NCBI RefSeq assembly: GCF_048593235.1
Contig: NC_133622.1
Coordinates: 244,532,055 to 244,596,054, forward strand
Direction of reading: 5' to 3'
DNA: 64,000 nucleotides
Source of the DNA: Sminthopsis crassicaudata
Lineage: Eukaryota
Shown: one piece after another, positions 48,450 through 63,033 of the stretch
Position numbering within the stretch: the stretch's first letter is position 1
Layout: each line of letters starts with the position of its first letter
Notes under the pieces: model-generated
Told to the model about the DNA's origin: nothing
Database searches by the model: none
Seen by the model: only the letters and a program-made list of their open reading frames with translations
Translations under genes and position numbers: made by a program

Positions 48450-51400
48450 AAAAATATATAAATATTATAAGGAAGAAAATAAAAAGGAATTCAAAAGATG
48501 AGAGAATGAGGAATATTTTGAAAAAATCAACCCAATAAAATTATGAAATGAAAGTTAACCAATAAGAAAAGGAAAAACAAAGTCTTAAGGAAGAAAAGAA
48601 ATCCTTGAAAACTAGAATTGGAAAATTCAAATTGAATGATGTTATAAGGCAACAAGATTTAATAAAACTAGAAAAAAAATAGAAGAGAATCTGAAACATT
48701 TAAATTTTAAAAACTGGTCTGATAACATATTGAGAGAGGCAATATAAGAACTGTCAGAGTACCTGAAAGTTATGTTTAAAAAAATCTGGGCACAATATTA
48801 CAAGAAATTATTAAGGAAAATTGCCCTGAATTTCTAGAACAAGAAAGTAAAATAGAAATGGAAAAAAAATCACCAGTCTCCATCTGAACAAGCTCCTAGA
48901 TTTATAGAAATATCATAGCCAAGTTTCCAAATTTCCTAATTAAAGAGAAAATATCACAAGTAACAAGCACAACTGCCACCACCAAGCAACCAATCACCAC
49001 CACCAACAACCAAACACCATGACAAACAACAACAATACTTAAATATTCCAGAAAAAACCCCAGGATTTTAGAAGTTTCAAGTGGCTTCTGTACTAGAAAA
49101 CAAGGTCTTGGAACATTATATTCTGGGTTCGTATCCAAGAATAATTTGCCCAACAAAGTTTGTGAATGAAAACAAAACCAAACAAAACCTAGATATGTGA
49201 TGAACTGAAAAATTTCATGTAATTTTAACAAATACAAATCAGAACTCAATAGAAAATTCAATAAAAAAATTCAGGACAAATAAAGGAAATCATTAAAAAT
49301 AATTATGATATTGATAAAGATTAAAGTATTTATGATACATGAAAATGTTAGCTATATATATATATTTATATTTAAAGTTTTATCATTACTGAGGTAGTTT
49401 GAAAGAAATATTGAACCTGAGCTGTATATGATAGGATGATTCTAAAAACAATAAAATTAGGGAGGAAAAGGCAAAAAGTATCAAGTATCTCATAAAAAAT
49501 GTAAAAGAAGAACTAATGAAGAGGAAAGAGGTGGGTATATAGGGCTGCTAATGTTTCAACTTTACCTTTATCTGGGTGAAAAAGAAAACAAAGCAACCAT
49601 CAGAAGTTTAGAATTTTTCTGAATTTTTAGAGAAGTGAGAAGACTGGGAGATTTATTAGAGGAGGGACTTTTAAAAATATCTTATTTTTAATATATGAAA
49701 TAAAACAAGCATTTTCATAACATTAATAAAAACATGATTGCACATGAAGTTACAAATCTATTACAACTTGTCATTTCTTTTAAACATATAATAAAGATAT
49801 CATGCAAATTTATTTTTTCCTTTTTTTTCTTCCCCCCACCCTAGAGATGAGTATCATTGAACACAAATAAGCATATAATTTGGGTATTTATAACAATCAA
49901 AATGATATATCCTTCAAAGTTATTTTTAAAACAATATTACTGTTTCTGTATGCAGTGTTCTCTTGGTTCTGCTCATTTTGCTCTTCATTTTTTCATGCAA
50001 GTCTATCCAAGGTTTTCTAAGATCATTGAGCTCATCATTTCTTTTAGCACAGTAGTATTCCATCACAATCATATACCACAACTTGCTCAGCCAGGACAGG
50101 GACTTTTAAAAGGATGTCTAGAAAAAAGATTAGGAGGATAAGGGGAGGAGATAAGAGAGAAAATTTTACAAGGGTGGCTAAAATAAGGAACTAGAAGATA
50201 CAGAGAAAAGATAAGGTAATAAGCATGAAGTAAAAAGAGGAGCTGAGAAGGAAAATAGTGAGTAAAAATAAGATGGAGTGAAATTCACAAATAATAACTA
50301 AAACTTAGTTAAATATGTAAGAATGCATGTCATTTCCCATTTGGTCAGAGGATATAGTTTTCCAATGAAAAACTCAAAATAATATATAGTCATATAAATT
50401 TTTCTAAATCATTATTTATCAGAGAAATACATATTAAAACAATCATTGTACACTTATCAGATTGACTAAAATGATAGAAGGGGAAAGTGACAAATGTTGG
50501 AGAGAATGTGGAAAATATTGGGATACTGTTGGTGAAACAATGAACAGATCTAACCATTCTGAAGAGAAATCTGGATTTATGCCCAGAGTTATTAAAATAA
50601 TTCTGCCCTTTGAGCAGGTTACTATAACATCATTCATAAAAATAGCAATATGGTTTTCACAAAGACTTTGAGTAAATAAGTTATTTTGTCTATTTTATAT
50701 CCCAAATATACTATAAAGAGTTGAGAAAAGTATGCACTGTCCATCTGCATCCAGGCAAAGAAGAGATAAACAGAAATATGTATAGAATAACATTTTATAT
50801 ATGTATATATATATGTATATATATATGTATATGTATATACAAACATACACATGCACACCTACTTGTGTACTATGGTAAACATTTCTGGGGTGGAGAGGAA
50901 GAAAAAAAGCAAAAAGTTTACACAATAATTTTAAATATTTTAAAATAATTTTAGAGAGTAGCAAATTGTACACAGTACATTTGCAGTTTCATGTTCAATC
51001 ATCTTTTTTATAGTTAATGCTATGGAAATGATTGTCTTATTCCATAAATTAAAATAAAATTAAATAAGGAAATAAAAATAAAATATACAGGAAAGTGGTT
51101 TAGCAGTACCAGATCTTAAAATATATTATAAAGTTGTAATGATCAAAATTATCTGGTGCTAAGAAATAGGTCAATCAATGGAAGACAGTAGACATATAAT
51201 TTATAGCAGCAAATGAATATACTTACCCTGTGTTTGACAAGTGTAATATTTTGAGGATAAAAATTCATTATTTGGTAAAAATTGTTGAGAAAACTGGCAA
51301 TCATATAGCAGAAACTGGGCAGAAACCCAAATCTTATACCATTTATCACAATAAGATCAAAATGAATACTTGGCTTAGACATAAGGAGAGGAATTGCAAC

Positions 51401-52570
51401 AAAATTTAAAGAACAAAGAATATATTACCTTAGATTATGGAGAATTGAATAATTCATGAATAAAGAAGAGAGAGGGGAAAGCAGTAGGTGTAAAATACTT
51501 TCAATTATATTACATTTAGAAGTTTTTGTGTAAATAAAACAGAGATCAGAAGGAAAGCAGAAAATTATAGACAGATTCTTAGATAAAAATCTTATATCAA
51601 ATCTGTAAAGAACACTTTTCAAATATATAAGAATTCGAGTCTCTCTCCAATTGATCAGTGGTCAAAAGATATGAATAATCAGTTTTCCAATAAAAAAAAT
51701 CAAAACAATTTATAGACTGAAAAAATGCTCATATCATTGATTAGACAAATGCATTTAAAATAATTTTAGATATTATTTTATAACCTATCAGATTAGCTAA
51801 AATTTTTGAAGGGGGAAACAAAAGATATTAGAGGGTCTATGAAAAATTGGGACAGTAATGCACTGTTGGGGAAACTGTGAACTGATTCAACCATTTTGGA
51901 GGGCAATCTGGAATTATGCCCAATTATTAAACTGTCTATACCCTTTGACTCAGTAAGACTACTAGTAGATCTATTTCCAAAGATGATTAAGAAAAAAAGG
52001 GAAAGAATCTATAGGTTTAAAATATATACATAGCGGTTCTTTTTGTGATTGCAAAGAACTAGAAATTGTGGGGATGCCCATCAATTTTGGAATGGCTGAA
52101 CAAGTTGAGGTATATAATTGTAATGAAATACCACTGTGCTATAAGAAATAAGGATCTTGAGGATATTAAGAAATCATGGGTAAAATTGCATAAAATAATG
52201 CAGAACAAAATGAACAAAACCAAAAGAACATTGTATGTAATAACAATATTGTTTTAAGAATAATCTTGAATGACTAGGTCATTTGGCTATTATAAAAACT
52301 CTAACTATAAAGGACCTATGAAATAAGGCATTATCCACATACAGATAAAGAACTGATAAATAGGACTATGTATAGAAAGATTTGGGCACAAGAGAAGAAA
52401 AAAAGAAAAAAAGAAGGAAGGAAAGTTACAAGATATTATTATTATATATTTAAAGCAATAGTAAGGTATACACAATACATTTGCAGTTTCTCATTAATCT
52501 TTCCCCCCCCCATCTACTACATTAAACACATTTGTATATCATTTCCTAGGTTCAGAATATAATAAAATTT
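48450..52570 (+). mobile_element. Nested old LINE-1 fragments in the U5 intron
   Basis: ORF1-like 48450-49660; ORF2 3' end and 3' UTR pieces 50400-52570. Confidence 0.75.
49673..50097 (-). mobile_element. 5'-truncated LINE-1 3' end inserted into an older L1
   Basis: TSD AGGGACTTTT (49663-49672 / 50098-50107) at a TTTT/AA endonuclease site. Empty site in U1 near 5550. Confidence 0.75.
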
Positions 52571-54119
52571 AAAAAACAAAAACAAAACTAGAAGGCCATG
52601 TTAGAGAGAGATTTGAGTGGCCTTAAATGCCATAATGAAGGATTTACATTATATCCTAGATAGAACATTTTCTGGTCTTAAAGTTAGACATAGATTCTTT
52701 GAGGGAACATTGGTCTTGAATCCCTAACATATCTACCAGTGAATAGAATATAGTAAGCACAAGATGAATTAAATTGAATTGAATTGTTGAATTTCAGGGG
52801 ACCCAATTAAATCTGTGGGTCTCACCTTCCTTGTGAGAAAATAATCACCTTTATATTAAATAAAAATTCTTTATAAAGAAGACAGTCTAAAATTTAAAGG
52901 GTTAGAAAAGTCATCTTATTTCCCTATTGTATTTTACACTTATATGTGATAATGAGAAGACGCTTTTCTACAAGTGTATCGATGCAGATAGGCTTAGTGG
53001 ATAGAACTAAGGACTTAAATTTAGAGAACACTTAAAATATATTCCTCCCTATTTATTTGAATTGTTGAGGCTCACATAGGTAAAGATCTTATTACTTATA
53101 TGAGCCTTAACAATTCAAATACATTATCTTGCTCTCAATTTTCTCACCTAGAAAATGGAGATATACATTATCTTGTTCTCAATTTTCTCACCTAGAAAAT
53201 GGAGATAATGACAACTGTAGCACTTATCTTTCAGGGTTATACTGAGTTTCAAATGAGACCATTGCTTTAAAGCATTTTGAAAACCCTAAAGAAAATTTAA
53301 ATAAAAGACTTTAGTACTGAGACATGAACTCATCTCTTTTCCTGATTTTAAATCTGCCCCAAACTTTAACATTGTGATCTGTACAAATATTCATTTATTT
53401 GTTGATAAATGTTTATTATCATCCAAAAACTCCTTGATTGCCCCTTTGCTTAAAGCAAGATATGGTGGCAAAAGCAGAAGTATGGCTCCTAATAATGATT
53501 GTTCTTTATAAGACTTTTAACGTGTACAAATGTTGTATTGCATCTTATTTGAACCTCACAATAAGCTTATAAGGATGATATATGTATTGTCAGCTTCATT
53601 TTACAGCTGATACTAATAATGAAATAATTTGCCTGTGGCTTCACAAATAACAATTTTTAGAACTAGGATCTTAATCTAATCTTTTAGATGCTAGATCTAA
53701 AATCTTAAAGTATAATGCCATATTGTCACCCAGATGAGTTTTAAAATCTTAAATTGGACCTTTCAGAGTATGACTGACTCATGGAGAAATGTTGTGAGTC
53801 ATTGTAGGGGAAAGATGGTCAGATCTTCCCAGAGGGTCCAGGGCTTGAAATATAAGACTAAGAAAGAAAATGAATATGATGAAGAAAGTCTCCTCTAATA
53901 CCTGGTAACACGTATTTAAAGGTTCGTAATTTTGTAGAGATCATCCTTGGTCATTGTTGCTTCATGAAAAACAGTAGATTTGGTGATCTTTCTGCTTATT
54001 GAATATCTGAATGAACAATGGAAATTAAATGAATAAGGGACTCGGACTTCTTTAGGTTGGTCTCCTAGCATTGTGTGTTGAAAAAGACATTTTGGATGTG
54101 TGACTGAAAATGGAGATTA

Positions 54120-54265
54120 GGGAGGGGCTTAATACAGATCCTGGAAAATGTTCCCTTGGAGATAATTGGCTTTTCAGCCAAATAATATAAAAAAAACAAA
54201 CCATTAAATTCTTCTCTGATCATGGGGAGCAAACACTGATTGTCCATGGGGATCATTTTCTCCTA
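54120..54265 (-). promoter_or_regulatory. Putative promoter cassette of U5
   Basis: TATTAA 54129-54134, TCCCTTGGAG-A-TAATTG 54152-54168, TAATGG 54201-54206, two CCATGGGG O/E-like sites. Confidence 0.65.
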
Positions 54266-55059
54266 ATTACTTTTATCTTTCTTAGTACTTTGTTAGGGAT
54301 GTAAAATAGAAAGAGCCTTGGTTATTGGGAATTCTGGCCTTACGCTCCTAGCAAAGTGACTTCAAGCAAGACACTTAATGGGTATTTATTTGACCTTATT
54401 CATTTGCCAGATAAAGTTAATACTCCTTATCTGCATAGCTCATATAATTCTTGTACTTTATCGTGTTATCTCTTTGATTCCACACCACAGTGGGAGGTAG
54501 GTATAAGTAAAGTTTTTATTGATGAGGAAGCTGGAGACTAGAGAACAGATGATTCCCTCAGTTACCAAGGGATAATATTCTGAGAAAGAATCTGAACTGG
54601 GGTCTTTATGACTCCAAGGCCTAAAATTGCTTTGTTCACTACAGCACCCCTATCCAAGGAGTGCCTGGTTTTACTCTCCTAATGTGACAGTGAACATGAA
54701 TTAGGTTGATGATCTTCCTCTTTATCCAAAAACCATGCTGCATCAGGAAGTTCCTCCTCTCTTTAGGACATCATGTGGCCAAATGAGAGCACCAGAATAT
54801 GGGCCATGGGCTCCTGTAGCACAACAGTGTAAGAGTTTTCATTGTTGCCATCTCAGGAAATCAAGCATCAAATAAGTGTCTGACTAGTGCTCTGATAAAG
54901 AAGAGAGAGGCAAAAATCAACTGAAACTTGAATTCCATTTTGGGGTTTCTAGTAAATGCATTTGGCTTTCCAAATTTATCTTTTTTGTTCCTGAAGTGAC
55001 CAGAAAGGCTAACATACATTGACACAGATTTCAGGTTAGGACTGCTATGCTCTTGTGTG

Positions 55060-55380
55060 GAGAAAGAAAAGAGGAGGGAGAGAAAAAGAGACAGACACAG
55101 ACACAGAGAAACACATATACACACAGAAAGACAGAGAGACATAGAGACACACAGAGACAAAGAGAGACAGAGGCACAGAGACACACAGAGAGGCACAGAG
55201 ACACACAGAGAGACAGAGACACAGAGAGGAACAGAGGCACAGAGAGGCAGAGACACAGAGACATAGAGAGACAGACACAGAGACACACAGAGACACAGAG
55301 ACATTCAGAGACATGCAGAGACACAGAAGAACACAGAGAGACATAGAGACACACCGAGACATAAAGATAGAGAGTGATAG
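55060..55380. repeat. Compound (GA/GACA/CACA)n microsatellite
   Basis: Directly visible. Homologous shorter tract at 11370-11580. Confidence 0.95.
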
Positions 55381-55559
55381 NNNNNNNNNNNNNNNNNNNN
55401 NNNNNNNNNNNNNNNNNNNNNNNNNNNNNNNNNNNNNNNNNNNNNNNNNNNNNNNNNNNNNNNNNNNNNNNNNNNNNNNNNNNNNNNNNNNNNNNNNNNN
55501 NNNNNNNNNNNNNNNNNNNNNNNNNNNNNNNNNNNNNNNNNNNNNNNNNNNNNNNNNNN
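55381..55559. other. Assembly gap (N run)
   Basis: N run after a microsatellite. U5-U6 adjacency depends on it. Confidence 1.
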
Positions 55560-56109
55560 TTTTCAACACTATCAGAATTGTTCATTCCGATTATTATCAG
55601 AATTATATTATCAATTTATATGAAGGTAAGGTATTCTTTGAGAACTCAGATTGTCAAAGGACAATGGATGTGTTAGGTGATCTTATTAGTGGCTTTTACC
55701 ATTATGCCTGCTTCTGGAACAAACACTAATTGGTATCAGAGTGCTCCTTCTGAAATCTTTTCCAGGTGGGAATTATGATTCTATTAGGCTAACCTACTAA
55801 AATAAGAGAAATAAAATAAACACAGCAGACTTGATTTCCAAGTATTTTACATATAGCATCTTATTAATTTTCACAAAACAGAGTAGTTAATCCAAAAATT
55901 ATTTTGTCCATTTTACAGAGAAGTAAACTGTATCAGAGAAAAGTTCAGAGACCTGCCCAGACTGTGTGATTACACAGTCAGAAAGGGTGAGAGTCAATAT
56001 TGAGAAATAGGTGTCTCCTCCTTCCATGTCCAGGACGCCTATATACACGTGCATATATAAGAAAAATAAGTAGAATAGCAGCTTGGCTCCAAGAAAAGAA
56101 AAGTGCAGG

Positions 56110-57060
56110 TTATACATTTTCTAATTGAGATCTTTGTCCTCCCACAACTTTGTGAAAAGCACTCTTGACTTCTTTGTTCCTCAAACTATAGACCAGAGGG
56201 TTCAACATGGGGATGACCATGGTGTAGAAAATAGATGCCATTTTGTCTGAGTCCATGGAATGGCTTGAGCTGGGTTGGAAGTACATGAAGATGATTGTCC
56301 CATAAAATATGCTTACTGCTGTGAGATGGGAAGCACAAGTGGAGAAGGCTTTTTGGCGGCCTTCAGCAGAATGGATGCTCAGAATGGCAATGAAGATGAA
56401 CAGGTAGGAAGTCAAGATAACCAGAAATGGAAAAAATACAGTGAATATTCCTAAAATAAATATTACCATCTCTATACTATGAATATCAGAACAGGTTATA
56501 ACTAGGAGAGGGGGAACATCACAGAAAAAATGATGGACCACATTGGATCTACAGAAGGAAAGGCTGAATGTGTCTCCCGTAACTATGGAAGAATTTAAAA
56601 AGCCACAGATATAAGCACCACTGGCCAGAAGTGCACATACTGTTGAAGTCATGGTAGTGGTGTAATGTAGGGGCTTACACACAGCTGCGTGGCGATCATA
56701 GGCCATGGAAGCCAAGAGGAAACTTTCAACTGTGGCAAAGGTCACAAAGAAGAAAATTTGTGCTGCACATCCATAATAGGAGATGACCTTGTCCCCTGTG
56801 AGGAGCCCAGCCATCACCTTGGGAGTAATAGCAGAGGAGTAGCCAAAATCCACCAGAGAGAGGTTACTGAGGAAGAAGTACATGGGGGTGTGGAGGCGAG
56901 GATCCCAGGAGATCAGAGCTACTATCCCCAGGTTCCCTACCAGGGTGATGAGGTAGATGAAGGTGAACATAATGAAGAGGGGAACTTGAAGCTCTGGGGC
57001 ATCTGTTAATCCTGTAAGGATGAACTCATTCACTTTAGACTTGTTCTCCATAGATGTCAT
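56110..57060 (-). CDS. OR5B: Olfactory receptor, OR5B subfamily (U6), intact, 316 aa
   Basis: NKS site, [53 protein letters not shown]. Acceptor AG at 57082-57081. Confidence 0.96.
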   Translation of the reverse strand: MTSMENKSKVNEFILTGLTDAPELQVPLFIMFTFIYLITLVGNLGIVALISWDPRLHTPMYFFLSNLSLVDFGYSSAITPKVMAGLLTGDKVISYYGCAAQIFFFVTFATVESFLLASMAYDRHAAVCKPLHYTTTMTSTVCALLASGAYICGFLNSSIVTGDTFSLSFCRSNVVHHFFCDVPPLLVITCSDIHSIEMVIFILGIFTVFFPFLVILTSYLFIFIAILSIHSAEGRQKAFSTCASHLTAVSIFYGTIIFMYFQPSSSHSMDSDKMASIFYTMVIPMLNPLVYSLRNKEVKSAFHKVVGGQRSQLENV

Positions 57061-57202
57061 TCGAGAGTGTTGTTATACACCTGCAATAAAAGAGTAACCA
57101 TCAGAAAAATATACTCTACAGGATTAATGTCTCTAACATATAAAACATGATCAGAGACGTATCTTATAAGAGGGCTAGAAATAAGCAATTAAGGAATCAG
57201 AG

Positions 57203-57393
57203 CAGTGATCCTCAAACTTTTTAAATAGGGGGCCAGGTCCCTGTCCCTCAGACTGTGGGAGGCCGGACTAGAGTAAAAACAAAAACTCACGCTCTGTCGC
57301 CACCCCTCAGCCCATTTGCCATAACCTGGTGGGCCACATAAATGTCCTCAGAGGGCCGCATCTGGCCCACGGGCCGTTCTTTGAGAACCCCTG
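57203..57393. mobile_element. Non-autonomous hAT/Charlie MITE, OC1 (OposCharlie1)-like, 191 bp
   Basis: TIRs CAGTGATCCTCAAACT and (reverse complement) CAGGGGTTCTCAAAGA. Subterminal GGGCCGCATCTGGCCCACGGGCCG. Degenerate 8-bp TSD, ATC-AGAG / ATCAAGAG. Confidence 0.85.
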
Positions 57394-60300
57394 ATCAAGA
57401 GCATTTAGGTAGTTGTTATAGTGGTTACTTAGGTCCCCAAAATTCACTCATCACATTTTCTCATAAAGAGAGAGTGAGCCCATCACATATTCTCATTTTA
57501 AAAATATTATAGATTCAGCAGTCCTTAAAAGAGATTATTATTGGGTAAAGCTTTGCAAACAAGGTCCACTTAATATAGGAGGAAGGGACTCTTAAGTGTA
57601 ATGCAGTTCTAGAAAAGTTTGAATCTTTATGAATGAAGTGGGACAGATAAGTCTATTTTTTAAAAAAAATTTAAGTAGACTATATGGTCATATGAGGATA
57701 TCTAAGAAACAGAGTAGGGAAATATGGTGTAAAGTTTTTATACAGACAGTATAATCATATGCTATTATAAATACTAATTGGAAGAGGAAATAGATCATGA
57801 ATTTGGTAAACATCACAAACTTGGCATGAAGGAATGATTTATTAATGATATGGGATTTCAATTATCTGGGCATCTCTCAGAATTTTCTCTCATTGTCTCC
57901 CTAACTCTCTTTCAATCTCTGTCTCCCTCTCCCCATCTCTCTGTGTATTTTTGGATCTTTTTCTCTATCTGTCCCATTTTATTTGTCTGTTTCTCCCTTT
58001 TTCTATCTGCATGTTTCTCTGTCTTTGTCACTCTCTTTCTGTCTTTTATATTTTCTCATGTATCTATCTACCAATATATCTGTTTGCTCTCTCATTAAAG
58101 AGCAGGTATTGATTTCCTTTCTTCAGTGATATTTTTATACATCAAAAGGGAAGGAAACTCTATGAGAACTTCATTTAATTCTCATAATAGATGAGGATCA
58201 AAATATGAGAATGTTATAAGACTTGGAAGAAAGTAGAAGCTTTAGCTTTTTCAAGTAATTTTCGGATTCTATGTTTGGAGAGGGTTAAATATAGGCATTC
58301 CAGAAGAAGGATAAAGTAGGATATTAAGGATTAATTCTACAGGGAGTTCAAATCTGAAGCAATAGAAAGATCTTAATAAAAATTTGAAAATAAAGAAGAA
58401 AAATTGTCAAGTAGATAGATATGAAAAAAAATTCAGTAAGGAGAAAAGCAGAGGTATCCAAGAATGAATGCAAAAGAAGACCTTATAATAATAGAGTTGG
58501 AGGAGTGCCTGGGTCAGTGCTTTAGCTGAAGGATGCACAGAAAGCTAACGACTACAAAAAAGTATTTCTATTTTTTAATAGAGAAAATGACAAGTTATGT
58601 AATCAAAATATAAACATATAAAGAATTGGAGTTATTCTGAAGGCTGATGAGATCAGAACAACGAATAAGCAAAGACAGATGCCCAGTTTGTATTTTGTTT
58701 CTCTTTTCAATGACAAAAAGTATGATCTTTGAATTTAGCAGAACAAAGCAACTATGGTTATTAAGGAGTTACTACTTAAGATAATAGTTATGAGAACTGA
58801 TATTAGTGAAAGGGAGAATTATTGATGTAACATTACATGCAGAGCACTTTGTATATTATTTCCTTTTATTCTCCTGACAAAGCTGTAATGTAGGGGCTGT
58901 TATTATTCCCATTTTAAAGTTTAAGAACCTGAGACAAACAGGTTATTTGACTTGCCCAGGGCATTTGCATTTGAATTCAGAACTTCCTGACTCCAATGCC
59001 TGTGTCTGTACCACAGCTGCCTTTTTAAAGTTAGCAAAGTTTAAATACATTGGATCATTTGATCCTCACCACATTCTTATGATTACATAACAAACAAGAC
59101 AATTTGACCTTGCCCTGCATGAGAAGACACAATATCTAGACATAGAGAAGGTGGTCCTCTTTATTCTACATTTAGAACAACATGTACAGTTGTCAGTTCT
59201 ATCCCTTAAAAAACACATTGATACCCTAGAGATATTCCAGATATTCGAGAGAAGTTCAGTCAGAATATTACCCTATTGTGATTGGTTGAAGGACCTGAAG
59301 ATGTTTGTTATAGAAAAGATGAAAGATGGGAATCAGGGCAGAGATTGGAATTTAAATTATCTTTAAATATCTGCAGGACTGAAATATGAAAGAAGGATTT
59401 GGTTTGTTTTATTTGTGCCAAAATGGAAAAATCAGGAGTAAAGTAAAGAAATTAAGAAGAAACAAATTTAGGTTTAACACAAGAAAAACATCCCAAAAAT
59501 AAGGTTCAGATGCAGAAGACGCTGCTTTGGTATCTTCTGGATTTCCCCTCACTCAAAGTCCTTAGAAAAGAGCTACAAGACAAATTGTTTTACACACACC
59601 ATATATTCACACAGCATTTTAATTTTATATGTGTACATATGGTATAGTGTGTGTATATGTGCCATGTTTTCTGATTTTGTGGCAAATTTTGGCTCTTAGC
59701 TTTCTATCACTGTAACCGTGGACAAGCCATCACACTTCAATCTCACTTCTCTCATTTGTCAAAAAAAATATTCATGACACTAACATCATAAGGCTGATCT
59801 GAAGATAGAATGAGATAATTCTCTTAAGTACTTTGCCAACCTGAAAATGCCATATAACTGTTAGTTACTGTTACTATTTTAATTTCTAACACTACTCCTA
59901 CTACTAGTGCTGTCAGAAATGCCCTGAAGTCTTTTACTCTTGGGATGCTACAAACCTCAATTTGCTCATTAATAAAAAAGATATTAGACTAGATGACCCC
60001 TGAGATTCTTTCCATTTTTGAATTGATGATTCTATGATACTTTGTTAATTTCAAAGAAAGATTTTTTATTACTCTTTATAACACTACACTAAAAGATTCT
60101 TCTAGTATAGTTAATTTTGGATTTATAGCTAAAGACAAAATAAATAATTAAATTGTATAAAATATTAGAGGAATAAAGAAAAATCTAATTTTGCAACTAA
60201 TACAACCAAGGTTTTTCTTTGCAATAATAATATAATAATAATTCTTTATAATATAACAACAAATATGTAACAATAGTTTATTAAATAGAATATGAGCAAC

Positions 60301-62039
60301 CAATTTAGATTTAAACCAAGATTTATAGTAATGCTGGTCTCATATAGGTTAGTCTTGAGCTATTTTAAAATTTAATACATTGAATGAACTATATGTAGAC
60401 ATAGTTTATGACAGTCCTTTTCAGTGATGTTCTATTTGTGCCAAAATGGAAAAATCAGGAGTAAAGTATAGAAATTAAGAAGAAACAAATTTAGATTTAA
60501 CACAAGAAAAACATCCCAAAAATAATGTTGGTCCTCTAGAGTTCCCTTATCTAGGAAAAGCCCTTCTTGGTAACTAGGGCGGATAAAGTGATCAGCTTTG
60601 TAGTAAGAACTACCTAGATATTGGTGGATGGCACTATGTGGAAAGAGCATTTGATTGGGACTGTGAAGGCTCAGGTTCTGATGTTATTTGTATTTGCACT
60701 AATTTCTTCTGTGATTTCACAAAAGTTAATACTGGAGGGTCTCTTCTACTCATTTAGAAAATGACAATATTATTTCTTGAATAATATTCAATAATATTCT
60801 TCAATCTCCTTCAATAAAGCGATCACACAGATATTGTAAGGAAAAGGTTTGCCGGGAATCAAATGCTATAGACACCAAACTTACCATCCTTTGCAGAGGT
60901 TATTGGGCTTGTACTTGATCATGGATGAATAGGTTCTAGGAAAAACAGATGCAAATAAAGAAAAATTTCCATATGGTAGTGTGGTGTAGTGGAGAGAACT
61001 TTGATCTTTGATTCAAGAAAATATGGATTAAAATCCCAACTCAGACAGTTGTTATTGCATGTCTCTGGACACATCACTAAAGTTACTTGGCTTCAAGTTA
61101 GCCATAAAAGGGCAAGAAAAATGTTATTTATCTCACACAATTTGGGCGAGATTAAAATGAAAAAAAAATTGATATAAAAGACTGTAAGCTTTAATTGCTT
61201 TGAGAGAAAGAATTAGATCTTACCTAAACTTTATTATCCACTCCATCCCTTAAGAATTTCATGCAGGGACCTGCACACAGTATCCCCTTTATCAGAATTA
61301 TTTAATCATGTTCAATAGCACTATAAGGATACCAGTCCCTCAAATGCCTCCTTTAGTTAATTAAAGGATAATGACCTTGAAAAGCTTGCAAGTAGGAGAT
61401 AGTAACTCTTGATTACAGAGTACTAGGATGTTTGAACACAATTTACATGTATAAACTCATTTGAGCCCCAACACGACCTTATGAGATAAGTACCAATGTA
61501 ATTGTGGATAGTTTCTGATAAGATAATGGAAAAAGTCAAACAACTTACCCATGGTGAAATAATGAATTAGTGTCTGTGGCAGAAAAGGTTTTTTATGTAG
61601 GGCTTACTGCTTCCAGCTTCAGTAATGTTTCCTCTATATCATGTTGCTGTGTACATGAGCACTACAGTCTTGGATTGTACATCCTAGAACCTAGCTGGCT
61701 TGATTATCGAGAAAGATGGTTAGAACTGCAAAGAGGAGAATTAACCAAGAACTTTACTTTCCAAGTTTGATTTAAAGTCCAAAGCCTAGAAAGCATATGA
61801 TCCTATTGGAGAAACTCTTTTGCTAGTCACTGAGGAAAAGAGTTCAAATGTTCCTAGTGGCAGGCAAGTCAATTCTGGCTTCATAGACGGCACTCTATCA
61901 TCCAACTCAGCTCCAGGAAACAAAAAAGGAATAGATGAATGAGTCAATGCCTCAGGGAATTTGACCCACAAACTGGTTCCACATCATTGAGCCCTATACT
62001 GAAATGTTTCAATGCCAGTAGCTAGAGTTAGGGAAGAAC

Positions 62040-62190
62040 CTGGAACTTTATACAGATTTGGGAGTCCTGCAGCTCCGGGGAGATGGCTCCCTTGGAGATT
62101 TCTGGCAGCTTTGCTGCCAATTCATGAAAAAAACAAGCCATTAAATTCTGCTCTGACCATGGGAGAAGAGCCATTTTCTCATGGGCATTT
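62040..62190 (-). promoter_or_regulatory. Putative promoter cassette of U6
   Basis: TATAAAG 62046-62052, TCCCTTGGAG 62088-62097, TAATGG 62138-62143, CCATGGGAG near 62158. Confidence 0.62.
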
Positions 62191-63033
62191 TGCCATCCTT
62201 AGCTTTTTATCAAAGCAAGGAAGTTATGAACTTGGACAAAATCATTGACAAACATTGTTCTCTAGTTTTGCTTCTACCACCTCCTAGCTATGGAACATTG
62301 GCCAAGTATCTATATATCTGCACTTCTCAATATTTTAATTCTTAAAATGGGTATAATAATCTCAGATGTGAAAAGAATCAAAAGGTTTTGGTGAAGATCA
62401 AATGTGATATTTAACATGAAAATAAATGTGAAGTAGTAAAAAGATCTCCATAAAGTTGGATAGTAAAAATATTCCAAACAGTGTTTAAAGATTGATTAGG
62501 TTCTTGTAAAACTTCATGCAAGATCTTGGATATCTTGGATAAAGCTGCATGCTCTAATTCCCAGGATTATTGTGAAAATAGTAATTTGCAAATTATAGAG
62601 GCTATTCTTATCATGAATAATATTGCTTTTCTTTTTAAAAAATGAATATTTAGAGCTCCCAATTAACATGTCTCCTAAAAATTCATCTTATCCCGTCTCA
62701 TTCTGCTTTATATCTCTGGTCCTTGAGAAACCATGCCCTAAATATTCTAGCTAATTATTAACTCAGAGGAATACTTTAATACTCATTCGTCATGGTTTAA
62801 CCTTTTGACAAATTCACTCCTACTATTTATGAGTATAAGATGCAAAGAAAAACATTAAGGAGCACAGTGGTAGGTTTAGAATTTATTGAATGCTTTGCCC
62901 CAAAAAAGGTTTAATAATGTTTCATTGTCAACTTGTCAATTCCTATCCTAATACTCCACACTGAAAAATATTTTTGTATTTATATTTTTATATTTTATAT
63001 ATAATTTATATTAACATATTAAATAATATATGT

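Noticed and set aside
54861-55729. Several 70-184 aa ORFs (SLCLCV or TERHRD repeats), also at 11214-11780
   Set aside because: Translations of GA/CA microsatellites and N runs; no coding signal.
61215-61555. Strong donors (61223, 61548) as the U6 first-exon end
   Set aside because: Both lie in MIR-like remnants, have no paralog support and cannot be ranked from sequence alone.
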